A stretch of 33,100 nucleotides of DNA from a virus (taxonomy: Duplodnaviria > Caudoviricetes). Of this stretch, positions 17,104 to 25,944 are shown piece by piece. The number at the start of each line of letters is the position of its first letter. Position 1 is the first letter of the stretch. The translations under genes were made by a program, and so were the position numbers. Below the pieces are notes generated by a model. That model was not told where the DNA came from, made no database searches, and worked only from the letters and a program-made list of their open reading frames with translations. The stretch spans positions 1 to 33,100 of IMG/VR virus record IMGVR_UViG_3300049436_000065; one strand, 5' to 3'.

Positions 17104-18480
17104 CTAGCGCGTCGCGACCTGCACGAACGCCGAGAGGGTGGGCCCGCCGTTCTGCGGGGTGAGCGGAGCGAGCATGCCCGGCTGGCCGTCGACCTCTTCG
17201 ATGATCCGGAAGTCGGTCTGATCCGACGTGAACGCGGAGTGCTCGGAGGTGTCGAGCGAGATGGCGGACACGTCGCCGATGACGTACTTCGTCCGGTCGA
17301 TGAGGCTGATGTCGCCCTGGTCGCCGAGCACGGCCGGGGTCTTGCGGGTCCAGATGATCGGGATGCCCGCGATGGTGCGGGGCAGCGCCATCGGCCCGCC
17401 GCCTTCCGGCGTCATGACCGCGCTGCCGCCGGTGCCGACCGGGAGCGCCATGGTGTAGATCTCCGGCAGGGCGTCCGGGGTGCAGATCCACGCCGCGTTC
17501 TCCCACGACTCCGGCAGCAGCCGGGCGAGCATGGTCAGCGCGTTGATCCACGTGAACGTGTCGGCCGGCTGACCGGACTCGGCGTTCACGACGATCATGG
17601 CGGGGTTGCTGGCGTGCAGCGCACCGAGCGGCTTCTTCACGCCGTCGCCGGACAGGAACCCGAGGTCCTCGAAGTGGCGGATCGCGTTCGGCATGTTCTG
17701 CCGCACCCACGCCTCAAGAGCGCTGATGTGCCGGATCAGCTCGTTGGGGATGCGGGCGAGGCCACCCAGCTTGTGCGAGTTCAGGGCGACCTTCGCGAAG
17801 GTCGCCTCGGTCGGGGTGAACGTCTGACCCTCGTCCAGCCAGGACATGACGATGCCGCCGTAGACCTCGCCCACCTCGGTGGTGAAGTCGGTGACCGGCC
17901 AGGAGAACTTGCCCGACGGCATCGGCACGACCTGCGCGAAGGGGCGCATGATCGCACCCTCGAGCGCGCGGGTCATGATCTCCGAGCGGACCTCTTCCGG
18001 GATGAGGTAGCCGCCGCTGCTGGGGACGTTCGACGAGTACGCGGCCGTCAGGTCGTCGTACTTCTTCAGCCGGGCGAGGGCTTCGACGCCGGGCCGCTTG
18101 TTGACGATGTCTTGGAGCATCTGGCCGGCGCCGGACCAGATGTTCTCCGACACCACGCCGGGCGCGTACTTGTTGTACGCGACGCCCGCGTCGATGGCGC
18201 GCTGGTTGGTGGGGCGTACGTCGGGCCGGCCGTTGACGACGTCGCCGCTGCCGTTGCCGTTGCGCTTGAACATCTCCAGCACGGCGGCCGAGCTCTGCTC
18301 GATGACCTCCGCCTTGAGGTTGTCCATGACCTTGTTGCTGGCGGTGGTGTAGCTCTTCATCGTCTCGATGAAGCTGCCATCCTTGACGGCGGTGGCCATC
18401 GCTTCGGGGGTGGCGAAGGTGGTGTGGAGGTATTCCTCCCACTCCTTCGGCGTGGTGGGCTGGGCCTTGGTGTCGGTCAC
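17104..18480 (-). CDS. major capsid protein (HK97 fold)
   Basis: GGYLIPEE, WLDEGQ, HKLGGLARIPNELI, GDGVKKPLG motifs. Confidence 0.95.
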   Translation of the reverse strand: MTDTKAQPTTPKEWEEYLHTTFATPEAMATAVKDGSFIETMKSYTTASNKVMDNLKAEVIEQSSAAVLEMFKRNGNGSGDVVNGRPDVRPTNQRAIDAGVAYNKYAPGVVSENIWSGAGQMLQDIVNKRPGVEALARLKKYDDLTAAYSSNVPSSGGYLIPEEVRSEIMTRALEGAIMRPFAQVVPMPSGKFSWPVTDFTTEVGEVYGGIVMSWLDEGQTFTPTEATFAKVALNSHKLGGLARIPNELIRHISALEAWVRQNMPNAIRHFEDLGFLSGDGVKKPLGALHASNPAMIVVNAESGQPADTFTWINALTMLARLLPESWENAAWICTPDALPEIYTMALPVGTGGSAVMTPEGGGPMALPRTIAGIPIIWTRKTPAVLGDQGDISLIDRTKYVIGDVSAISLDTSEHSAFTSDQTDFRIIEEVDGQPGMLAPLTPQNGGPTLSAFVQVATR

Positions 18481-19532
18481 GTGGCCAACACTCCCTTCAA
18501 TGCTTCGCGGAATCCTTCGAGATCGAAGGGGGTGATGGTGTCGGCCGTGGTCACGGCCGTAGCCTCTGGTGCTTCAACCTTGAACGAATCAAGGGAGATC
18601 TTAGCCGTAGCCTGCTCTTCCCCGGGCTCCGGCGCGGGCAGGACTTCCCCGATGATCACGTCGGCGAGCCCGGCCGCTTTCGCCTGCTCAGCGTTGTACC
18701 ACGTGTCGCCGTCGCGCATCGTCTCCCGCCACTGCTCGGCGGTGCCGCCGGCCCGCTCGGCGTACACCGCGGCGATGGTGTCGCTCAGCATGTCGAGCAG
18801 GTCGGCGACGTCGCGCAGGTCATCGGCAGTACCCATCGCGAGGCCCATGCCGTCGTGCACCATCATCACGGCGTTCTTCGCGATACGGACCCCGCCGGTG
18901 TCGGTCTCGGGATCGTACGGGGACGCGGCCAGGGCAACGAAGCTCGCGGCCGACGCGGCGTAGCCGTCGATGTACGCGGTCACCGGCCCGCCGGTGTACG
19001 CCTTGATCGCGTTGTACATGGCCGCGCCCTCGAAGATCACACCTCCGGGGGAGTTGAGGTGGAGATCCAAGGGCCCGGTCATGTCGCGCAGGGCGAGTGC
19101 GACGTCGATGGCCTTCGCCCCGTCCCAACCGCCGATCGCGTCATAGATGTAGAGCGCGTTGTCCTGCGCGCGCAGGCGTTCCGGCTCCGCGAACGGCAGG
19201 CCGTTGACGGGGGCCGGCGGCCTGAGGTCACGGGCGGTGACCTTCGCGGTCAGCGTCATCGCCCTGTTGATCAGTTCGGCCTGGTCTGCCACGTTGTCTC
19301 CGCCCTTGCCTCGCTGGACCACCACGCACCGGCAGTCGTTGCCGTACCGCGCGCCGATGCACTTCTTGTAGCCCTTGCCGTTCGGGTAGTCGCGGTACGC
19401 GGCCTGCCGGTTACGGTAAACCTTCTTGTCGTTTTTCTGGCAAGGCTCGCAGATGCTGTCGTCCACGTGCGCCTTCACGGCCCAGCGGCGCGCGTTGCGA
19501 CCGGCGGCCTCCGGCGCTACCTCCGCGACCAT
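18477..19532 (-). CDS. ClpP-like capsid maturation protease with N-terminal MuF-like Cys domain
   Basis: LHLNSPGG, DGYAASAAS, MMVHD, TWYNAEQA; start either ATG 19532 or internal GTG 19292 (GGAG upstream of both). Confidence 0.9.
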   Translation of the reverse strand: MVAEVAPEAAGRNARRWAVKAHVDDSICEPCQKNDKKVYRNRQAAYRDYPNGKGYKKCIGARYGNDCRCVVVQRGKGGDNVADQAELINRAMTLTAKVTARDLRPPAPVNGLPFAEPERLRAQDNALYIYDAIGGWDGAKAIDVALALRDMTGPLDLHLNSPGGVIFEGAAMYNAIKAYTGGPVTAYIDGYAASAASFVALAASPYDPETDTGGVRIAKNAVMMVHDGMGLAMGTADDLRDVADLLDMLSDTIAAVYAERAGGTAEQWRETMRDGDTWYNAEQAKAAGLADVIIGEVLPAPEPGEEQATAKISLDSFKVEAPEATAVTTADTITPFDLEGFREALKGVLAT

Positions 19533-19639
19533 TGGCAGCGCTCCCGCTCCTGGAACCACCAGCGGCGCCGGTCGGCAAGCATGTCGTAGGGACGGATCAC
19601 GTACCCGATCCGCTGCGCGAGCCACGTCAGGTAGATCAT
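19517..19639 (-). CDS. small hypothetical protein (40 aa)
   Basis: ATGA overlap with the portal stop; MIYLTWLAQRIGYVIRPYDMLADRRRWWFQ...; fills the gap before the protease. Confidence 0.45.
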   Translation of the reverse strand: MIYLTWLAQRIGYVIRPYDMLADRRRWWFQERERCQWSRR

Positions 19640-20946
19640 GCCGCCGCCGGTTCCGCCGCAGGGTCAGCCTCAGGGTCCGGCGCGCTCGCGGGTGCACGCC
19701 CGGGCGGTAGCGCGGGCATGACCGGCGCCGGCTCGGGCGTACTCTCCATCTCCGGCAGGCCGGCAACCTCTGCTGCGTCCTTCGGTGCCACCCGCGCGTC
19801 GATGAGGATCTTGTACACGTTGGCGGACGCAAGTTTGTCCTCGCGCGCCTGCGCCCGATCGGCCGGGACAGGCGACGAATACACCAGACTCAGCTGACTG
19901 GCGTCGCCCGGGAACATCGGGAGGAAGTCGTTGTTCAGCATGCCCGCCCACCGGTCGAGCCGGGGCTCGATCATGCGGTCCCCGAAGTCCGCCTTCGCGC
20001 TACCGGACGCGGCCCGGTTGACGTCCTCCAGCACACCGACGTCGAACTTCGACGCGCCGTAGGCGAGCAGGATCGTGTCGCGGTTCAGGTTTGACGTCTC
20101 CACCAGCTGCATGTCCGCGACACTCATGGGCTTGACGTCCACCCATTCGCCTTCTTCGAGGAAGGCTGTCCGGTTGGCGTTGGCTGTGCCCCGGTGGTTG
20201 ATGTTGAAGCGCTCCACCAGCTTTTCGAACTCAGGGTCTTTCATGTGCCGCGAGAGCTTGACGATGCCGCCCGGGCGCGCGCCGTTGCGGTAGAAGTTCG
20301 CGTTCCACTCGGCGCTGTACGCTGCGCCGTCGACCTGGGACATGATCGTCTGCACCGGGCCCATGCCCCGGTACGGGTCCATTGGGTTCGGCATGCGCAT
20401 GCTGAGGACCTGATCCGGCCTCAGCGGCATCTCCGCCCCCGACGGGCTGCGGTAGATGTAGCCAAGCAGGTAGTCCGTGGGGTCGGTCACCACGATCATC
20501 CGGTCCGGGCGGACAAGCCAGAGCTCGGCGGGCATACGGCCGATGCGCCCGACGACGAGCCAGCCCTCGCCGGTCAGGTCCACGTGCTGCTGCCCGGACT
20601 CGAACAGTTCTTGCCGGGTGAAGAACGGGTTCGGCTTGTTCAGCACGGTGAGCGCGGGATGCGTCTCCACCAGTTCGACGCCGGTCGCCGTGCACTCGTT
20701 CGGGCCGCCGGCGTCGTACTCGCAGGACGCGCCGGCCTTCTTGCGGTGCATGTGCCACGGCTGCTTCGCGGTGGCGGTGCTGGTGCGGTTGACGATGGAG
20801 AACAGGGTGGCGCTCGCGCCCATCGCTTCCATGGTGGCCTGCTGCGGCACCCGCCCGCGGCCTTCGGCGCCGTACGCGCGCTGCCCGCGGTAGCCGGATG
20901 ACGGCACGGGGGAGCGATTGAGCAGGGAGCCGAGCAGGCTACGCAT
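19636..20946 (-). CDS. portal protein (HK97 family)
   Basis: LTGEGWL, PAELWLVRPDRM, YRGMGPV, FYRNGARPGG. Confidence 0.95.
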   Translation of the reverse strand: MRSLLGSLLNRSPVPSSGYRGQRAYGAEGRGRVPQQATMEAMGASATLFSIVNRTSTATAKQPWHMHRKKAGASCEYDAGGPNECTATGVELVETHPALTVLNKPNPFFTRQELFESGQQHVDLTGEGWLVVGRIGRMPAELWLVRPDRMIVVTDPTDYLLGYIYRSPSGAEMPLRPDQVLSMRMPNPMDPYRGMGPVQTIMSQVDGAAYSAEWNANFYRNGARPGGIVKLSRHMKDPEFEKLVERFNINHRGTANANRTAFLEEGEWVDVKPMSVADMQLVETSNLNRDTILLAYGASKFDVGVLEDVNRAASGSAKADFGDRMIEPRLDRWAGMLNNDFLPMFPGDASQLSLVYSSPVPADRAQAREDKLASANVYKILIDARVAPKDAAEVAGLPEMESTPEPAPVMPALPPGRAPASAPDPEADPAAEPAAA

Positions 20947-21083
20947 CAGCCCAGCAACACAGCCTGCGCATGGCATGCGCCGTTACTGTGCTCGTCCTCG
21001 GCGTGGCCGCATTCGCACCAGTTGGTGTCGTCTGCTGTTGCTGCCCACTCAAACTCGGCGCAAGGGCAGGGCATGTCGCTCAC
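20946..21083 (-). CDS. small Zn-finger-like protein (45 aa)
   Basis: CPC...WCECGHAEDEH...C; overlaps both neighbours. Confidence 0.6.
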   Translation of the reverse strand: MSDMPCPCAEFEWAATADDTNWCECGHAEDEHSNGACHAQAVLLG

Positions 21084-21340
21084 TGCTCCGCCCCGCCGAG
21101 GAATTCCAGGAAGAGCAGGCTGACGCCGGCGGCGACGAATCCGGCGATGATCGACCACTGGAACATGCCGAAGGTGAGCGCACCGAACGCGGTCCACTGC
21201 ATGACGGTGGTGCGGGCGCGCTTCCAGGTGGGCAGGATGCGGGCGAGGTAGGCGACCAGCGCGACCAGCAGCGGCGTGCGGCGGCGGTGCGGCGTGCGGG
21301 CGGCGCGCGCCTGCTTCCATGCCAGCTGGATGGTGGTCAA
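21080..21340 (-). CDS. membrane protein between terminase and portal
   Basis: GGGGAG RBS, TTG start, hydrophobic C-terminal half. Confidence 0.7.
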   Translation of the reverse strand: MTTIQLAWKQARAARTPHRRRTPLLVALVAYLARILPTWKRARTTVMQWTAFGALTFGMFQWSIIAGFVAAGVSLLFLEFLGGAEQ

Positions 21341-21398
21341 CCGGTCACGCTCCCCATGATCTTTGCCGCAGGATACGCGACCGTGCCCAGTATGCGCC

Positions 21399-22709
21399 CT
21401 ACCCCCATCGTACGTTTGTCGGTCCGTGCAGGTCGATTTCAGCCGTTAGATACCTTGCAGCGTCCGCGCCATGATCATTCCGCTTCACCGGCTGGCGCTG
21501 CTTACGGTCCCCGCCCGGCGGTTCGGCCGCCCAGATGTAACCCGGGATCTCATCCACCGTGCACGTCGGAAGCTTCCGCTCCACCAGGCTCGGGTCACGC
21601 TCGATCAGCGCATCGTCGAAGAACATCATGCGGGGCTTGCCGTCACCGGCGAGACGCAGCCTGGACTCCACCAGCTCGATGCCTTCGGTCACCGCCTTGT
21701 GCGCGGCCACCGTCCCGAACCCGGTGTGCCGCTCGAACGTCGCCCGGTCCTCAGCGTCGTGGTCGACCACCACAGCGGACGGGGCCGGCCCGCCTAGCGC
21801 CATGATCTGCCGGGCATGGTCTTCGACGAGGCGGCCGGTCATGTAAATCTCGCGGACGAGGTAGGCGCGCCGGTCGTGGTCGAGCGCCCAGTCCTGCCAC
21901 ACGAACGGGTTCGTGAACCCGAAGTCGATCGTCCAGATCCGCTCCCAGTTGGCCGGCACCGGGAACCGGGGGATGACGTGCAGGTTGCGGTCGAAGCTCT
22001 CGTAGATCACACCCTCCGCCGCCGCCCAGATGTTCTTGCGCAACCGCAGGTAGCGCACCCCGGTGAGGCTGTCGAGGCGGGCGATGTAGGCGACGCCTTC
22101 CGCCGTCGGGGTGCCGTCGGCGTGGAAGTAGCGCGGGTTGTCCTCGTGTGCGCTGACGAGGTGTTGCAGCTTGCCGGACTTCGCGCGCTCCAGCAGCCAG
22201 TGCGTGGGGTGGCTGGGGTTGCAGTCGCCGATCATCTGGTGCAGGCCGGACTTGAGCGCGCCGTTGCGCAGCCGGATGCTGACGGACTCCCAGTCCTCCT
22301 CGCTGACCTCGGTGCACTCCTGGATGAACGCGATGTCGTATTCCGTCGACATGACCTTCATCGGATCATCGAGGCCACCGATGACGACGGCGCTGCCATT
22401 GTCATAGCGGTACTGTGCCGGCTCCCGGGCGCTTCCCCCATAGAAGTTGATCGCCCCGGTGCGGATGCCCTCGGGTACGACGTCGCGTTCCCAGGTGCGC
22501 AGCGCGGAGGTGGCCAGGGAGCGCGCCGTCTTGCGCAGGATGAGCGCACGGACGCCGGGGGTGAGCAGGCACATCAGGTTGATCTTTTCGAGCACGGCCC
22601 GGGATTTGCCAGTGCCGGCCGCGCCGGAGATCAGGATCTCTGAGGCGCGACTGTTCATCATGGCGCGGGCGGCGCCGCGTGGCTCGAAATGATGTTGGAG
22701 CACCTGCAT
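21399..22709 (-). CDS. terL: terminase large subunit
   Basis: Walker A GAAGTGKS, Walker B AFIQE, coupling motif DCNP, nuclease IDFGFTNP and NDHGADAARY. Confidence 0.95.
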   Translation of the reverse strand: MQVLQHHFEPRGAARAMMNSRASEILISGAAGTGKSRAVLEKINLMCLLTPGVRALILRKTARSLATSALRTWERDVVPEGIRTGAINFYGGSAREPAQYRYDNGSAVVIGGLDDPMKVMSTEYDIAFIQECTEVSEEDWESVSIRLRNGALKSGLHQMIGDCNPSHPTHWLLERAKSGKLQHLVSAHEDNPRYFHADGTPTAEGVAYIARLDSLTGVRYLRLRKNIWAAAEGVIYESFDRNLHVIPRFPVPANWERIWTIDFGFTNPFVWQDWALDHDRRAYLVREIYMTGRLVEDHARQIMALGGPAPSAVVVDHDAEDRATFERHTGFGTVAAHKAVTEGIELVESRLRLAGDGKPRMMFFDDALIERDPSLVERKLPTCTVDEIPGYIWAAEPPGGDRKQRQPVKRNDHGADAARYLTAEIDLHGPTNVRWG

Positions 22710-22724
22710 GGGTCGACTATGACA

Positions 22725-22762
22725 GATCGGCCCCGCTCCATCGGAGGAGAGCGGGGCCGATC
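22725..22762. terminator. 14-bp inverted repeat upstream of the terL promoter
   Basis: GATCGGCCCCGCTC / GAGCGGGGCCGATC with a 10-nt loop. Confidence 0.6.
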
Positions 22763-22798
22763 ATGTGGGGGTATCACGCAGTCCTGACCGTATCAGGG

Positions 22799-22969
22799 CT
22801 ACCCGCCGAACGCACCATGCGCCGCAGCGATCGTCGCCAGCAACAGCACACACACAGCCAGGACACCGAGCACTCGCGCCGCCCTCGCGCGCCTGCCGTA
22901 CCGCTCCGCCCGGGCCCGGCCGTACTCCGCAGCGCCGGCAGCGCGCGCCTGCCTGAAGAAGTCGGTCAT
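22799..22969 (-). CDS. small membrane protein
   Basis: MTDFFRQ...VLGVLAVCVLLLATIAAA; ATGA overlap. Confidence 0.6.
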   Translation of the reverse strand: MTDFFRQARAAGAAEYGRARAERYGRRARAARVLGVLAVCVLLLATIAAAHGAFGG

Positions 22970-23163
22970 TGCCCGTCCGCCGCCCACAACACAGCCGCCA
23001 TGACCACCAGCACCAGCGCGCCCGCGGCGGCGATCACGCCCGCCGAGCAGAGCGCCGCCATGCCGAACGTGTAGCCGCTCGTCCACGCCGCGGCGGTCGT
23101 GCCGCCCCACATGAACACAGCGATCCCCGCCATGACTACCGCCAGCCTTGCCCCCGAACTCAT
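22966..23163 (-). CDS. small membrane protein (2 TM)
   Basis: MSSGARLAVVMAGIAVF...; ATGA overlaps. Confidence 0.6.
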   Translation of the reverse strand: MSSGARLAVVMAGIAVFMWGGTTAAAWTSGYTFGMAALCSAGVIAAAGALVLVVMAAVLWAADGQ

Positions 23164-23375
23164 GGCATCACGTCCGGGTACAGGTCGCCGAGCGTGCCCG
23201 TCGGTTCGAGGTACGTTCCGGGGTCGTGCTCCGGCAGGCCCGGGCCTGCGATCATGACCAGCGCAGACAGCGACTGGAAGTCCGCGCTCACGCCGATCAC
23301 GCGCTGCCCGGCCGGCAGCTTCAGCAGCCGCGCCAGGTCCTGCTCCGTGATCCTGTAGATCGCCTTGCCCATCAC
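23160..23375 (-). CDS. hypothetical protein
   Basis: Coupled ORF filling the gap in the operon. Confidence 0.65.
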   Translation of the reverse strand: MMGKAIYRITEQDLARLLKLPAGQRVIGVSADFQSLSALVMIAGPGLPEHDPGTYLEPTGTLGDLYPDVMP

Positions 23376-23803
23376 TGCATCGCCCCCGGATCCACACCTT
23401 CCACGGTGTACCGCGTCGTCACGCCCACCTCGCCGCCCAGCGTCACCCGGTTGGGCAGGTGGCCCAGCTCCTCCGCCACGTTGCGCAGGATCTTCGCCAG
23501 CGACGCCGCTGTCTTCTCGTCGATGGCGTCCGCCTCGTTAAGCTGCACGGTCAGGCGACGCACGATGTCCTCGTACGTGGCCAGCCGGTTTGCCTTGACC
23601 GCGAGCGCCAGGCCTGCGAACTCGTCCTCGGTGTGCTCGCGCACGACCTGGATCTCATTGGCGTGCCGCGCGGCGAAGTCGGACACCGACTGCTGCGTGA
23701 CGCCGTACTCCTCCGCAAGCCGCGTCTGCGTCTTGTCCGACAGCGCAAGCTCAGTGATGAGCTGCCGCCGCGTCCACGGGGTCTCCAGCTTACGGGGCGC
23801 CAC
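23372..23803 (-). CDS. terS: probable terminase small subunit (HTH)
   Basis: HTH KTQTRLAEEYGVTQQSVSDF, helical body, upstream of terL. Confidence 0.65.
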   Translation of the reverse strand: MAPRKLETPWTRRQLITELALSDKTQTRLAEEYGVTQQSVSDFAARHANEIQVVREHTEDEFAGLALAVKANRLATYEDIVRRLTVQLNEADAIDEKTAASLAKILRNVAEELGHLPNRVTLGGEVGVTTRYTVEGVDPGAMQ

Positions 23804-24356
23804 AGTCAGCCCCACCGTTATCCACAGAGTTATCCACAGGCATGGGACTAGGCCCATGAACCGTGCCCCAGATCGGTGCGCGCACGAACTTCATGGCTGT
23901 CACCGCGCAGGTATGCAGCGGCGCCAGCGCGCTCACAGGCGGCTTGTCGCAGCTCTGCACCGGACCCGTGATGGCCGTCGTGAACGCCTCAAGACCGCCC
24001 GAGCGGGTGAAGAACGTGTCCCGCCCCCACGTCCACAGCGACACCCACGACCCGTCCATGCGCACCGCGACCGCGCGCTGAGTGCCGCGGGACAGCCGGA
24101 CCGCCTCGCTCTTCTTCGGCTTGACAGACGGAGTGCCGTATGCCGCGTGCGGCAGGTAGCCGTTCGCGAACGTGATGCGCGACGTCCAGCCGTGCCGGGC
24201 AGCGACCGCGGCCAGGATCCGCGCCGGGCCGGACGCCTCGGACATACCGGGGGCCGGTATGTCCGAAGTGAGCAGCGGCGCCGGGTAGGGCTCGCGCTCG
24301 ACCGCGGGCGCGTCGCCCGGGGGCGGGAACGGATAGTGCTTGATCTCCAGCATCAT
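23790..24356 (-). CDS. hypothetical protein
   Basis: ATGA-coupled ORF, 188 aa. Confidence 0.65.
   Translation of the reverse strand: MMLEIKHYPFPPPGDAPAVEREPYPAPLLTSDIPAPGMSEASGPARILAAVAARHGWTSRITFANGYLPHAAYGTPSVKPKKSEAVRLSRGTQRAVAVRMDGSWVSLWTWGRDTFFTRSGGLEAFTTAITGPVQSCDKPPVSALAPLHTCAVTAMKFVRAPIWGTVHGPSPMPVDNSVDNGGADCGAP
23818..23838 (+). promoter_or_regulatory. two tandem consensus DnaA boxes
   Basis: TTATCCACA at 23818-23826 and 23830-23838. Confidence 0.6.
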
Positions 24357-24463
24357 CTGCCTCGCATCTTGATGGCCTTGCCAATCACCAGGCAGACGCC
24401 GACGGCCGCGGGCACCCAGAGGATAGCGCCGACCAGGATGAACGCGAGTACGCCGTGGTTCAT
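24353..24463 (-). CDS. small single-pass membrane protein
   Basis: MNHGVLAFILVGAILWVPAAVGVCLVIG; ATGA overlaps on both sides. Confidence 0.55.
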   Translation of the reverse strand: MNHGVLAFILVGAILWVPAAVGVCLVIGKAIKMRGR

Positions 24464-24906
24464 GCCGTCAGCCAGCCCGTCAACTCGGTGTCGGTCAGGT
24501 TGTCGCCCATCAGCAACAGCGACTGCGCAGGCCGGTCCTGAAGCACCTCCACCGCCCGCAGCAGCTGCTGCGCGTCGTAGCGCGCGATCAGCCGGTTGCA
24601 GGTGTTCGCCGAGGTGCTGCCCGAACAAACCAGCGCCCGCACCGCCTCGATCCGGTCACCGACGGCGTGATCGTGGTCGACGCCCAGCCGCCGGCCGCCG
24701 CGCCCTTTCGGGTCATCGGGGTGGATGCCCTTCGCAGTCCGGCAGATGTAGCACCGGCCGGACTGCGCAAGGTACAGGGCTCGATAGAAGCGCGGCGTCA
24801 TCCCGTACTTCAGCTTGATGCTGCCGTAGAAGCCCCGCCACGCTTTGATAACCTCGGGGTCCATGCCCTGAGGTGGATCCCAGCGTTCCAGTGTCTCCAC
24901 GGTCAT
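24460..24906 (-). CDS. recombination endonuclease VII
   Basis: QSGRCYIC...LGVDHDH...VRALVC...CNRLI. Confidence 0.9.
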   Translation of the reverse strand: MTVETLERWDPPQGMDPEVIKAWRGFYGSIKLKYGMTPRFYRALYLAQSGRCYICRTAKGIHPDDPKGRGGRRLGVDHDHAVGDRIEAVRALVCSGSTSANTCNRLIARYDAQQLLRAVEVLQDRPAQSLLLMGDNLTDTELTGWLTA

Positions 24907-24907
24907 C

Positions 24908-25036
24908 TCAGGAGGCCTGTCGCCCGCGCACGCGGTCAAGCCGCGCGACGATGCCGTTGATCTGCTTGGTGCTCGCGCCGGACCGGACGGCCTTGCCGAG
25001 GGCGGCCCACATCTTGTCGACGTTGGTCATCTTCAT
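24908..25036 (-). CDS. small hypothetical protein
   Basis: GAAGGGGG RBS, ATGA overlap. Confidence 0.55.
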   Translation of the reverse strand: MKMTNVDKMWAALGKAVRSGASTKQINGIVARLDRVRGRQAS

Positions 25037-25365
25037 ACCCCCTTCGCGATCCGGTAGTGGACGCGCCGACGGTTCGAGGTGTACGGCGCACCGGCCCGGG
25101 TGTACGTGGTCGGCGCGACGATCATCTCCTGCTCGATCACACCGGCAGCGCGCATCCGGCACAGCATCTCGCTGACCGACACCGGCTTGAGGTTGAACTC
25201 CTTGGCCGCGTCACGGGAGATCTGCATGCCGTCGGTCCAGCTGTACGTGTTCAGGCGGTTCCACACGTACTGCCACGCCTGCGCCATCCGGCCGCCCTTC
25301 GCGCCCAGCTGGTAGTTGCCGGCGTTCACGGGTGCGATGCCGTTCGGGTAGGTGGTGGTAGTCAT
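25033..25365 (-). CDS. putative winged-helix DNA-binding protein
   Basis: AAKEFNLKPVSVSEMLCRMRAAGVIEQ...VHYRI; leaderless -10 box. Confidence 0.6.
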   Translation of the reverse strand: MTTTTYPNGIAPVNAGNYQLGAKGGRMAQAWQYVWNRLNTYSWTDGMQISRDAAKEFNLKPVSVSEMLCRMRAAGVIEQEMIVAPTTYTRAGAPYTSNRRRVHYRIAKGV

Positions 25366-25379
25366 GGACTTAGTATGCC

Positions 25380-25835
25380 TCACCGGTACCGGTACAGGCA
25401 AGCAAGGCAGTCGACCAGCGCGACATCCTGCGCCCGGCGGTACCGGAACTGCGGGGCGAGTTCGGCAGCGTCGCACGCCGTGCCGCCGGCCCCGTCGGTC
25501 AGGTGCACCGGCGCCGCCTCCAGCTGCGTACGCCAGATGGCCGGCGCGGTCTCGACGGTGGTCCGCTGCACGAGCCCGAGCCGCAGGCACTCCTCGACGA
25601 TGCGGGTCAGCGGCGGCATCGCCTTGCCGCGGGGCACGGCATGCCAGGAGTGACCCATCTTGCCCGGGATGATCAGCTCGCCGCTCTCGATGCGCATGAG
25701 CAGCCGGACGGTATCCAGGTCGGTGACGCCGTTGCGGTAGGCGAGCGCGGGCGGGGTGACGGCGTCGGCGAGCACGTGCGCGACGGCGCGGTTCAACAGC
25801 GTCTGCTCGCGGGTGGTGAGGTCTGCGGTATGCAT
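25380..25835 (-). CDS. hypothetical protein with C-terminal Zn-finger-like motif
   Basis: VHL...TAC...VDCLAC; TATACT 6 nt upstream of the ATG. Confidence 0.65.
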   Translation of the reverse strand: MHTADLTTREQTLLNRAVAHVLADAVTPPALAYRNGVTDLDTVRLLMRIESGELIIPGKMGHSWHAVPRGKAMPPLTRIVEECLRLGLVQRTTVETAPAIWRTQLEAAPVHLTDGAGGTACDAAELAPQFRYRRAQDVALVDCLACLYRYR

Positions 25836-25944
25836 GGACCAAGTATACGTGGTCCATGCTGGCCCGACAAGTGGCCCGGGTCGGCCCATCTACCCGGGCC
25901 GGGGTCTGACCTGCGGAAACAGCCAGATATGTGCGCCCGTGGCC

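Noticed and set aside
17029-18963. 644-aa plus-strand ORF
   Set aside because: Antisense to the capsid and protease genes; no protein-like features
19533-19832. N-terminal extension of the 451-aa protease ORF
   Set aside because: Overlaps the portal gene out of frame; better starts at 19532 or 19292
23148-24818. 556-aa plus-strand ORF
   Set aside because: Spans several tightly coupled minus-strand genes; low-information composition
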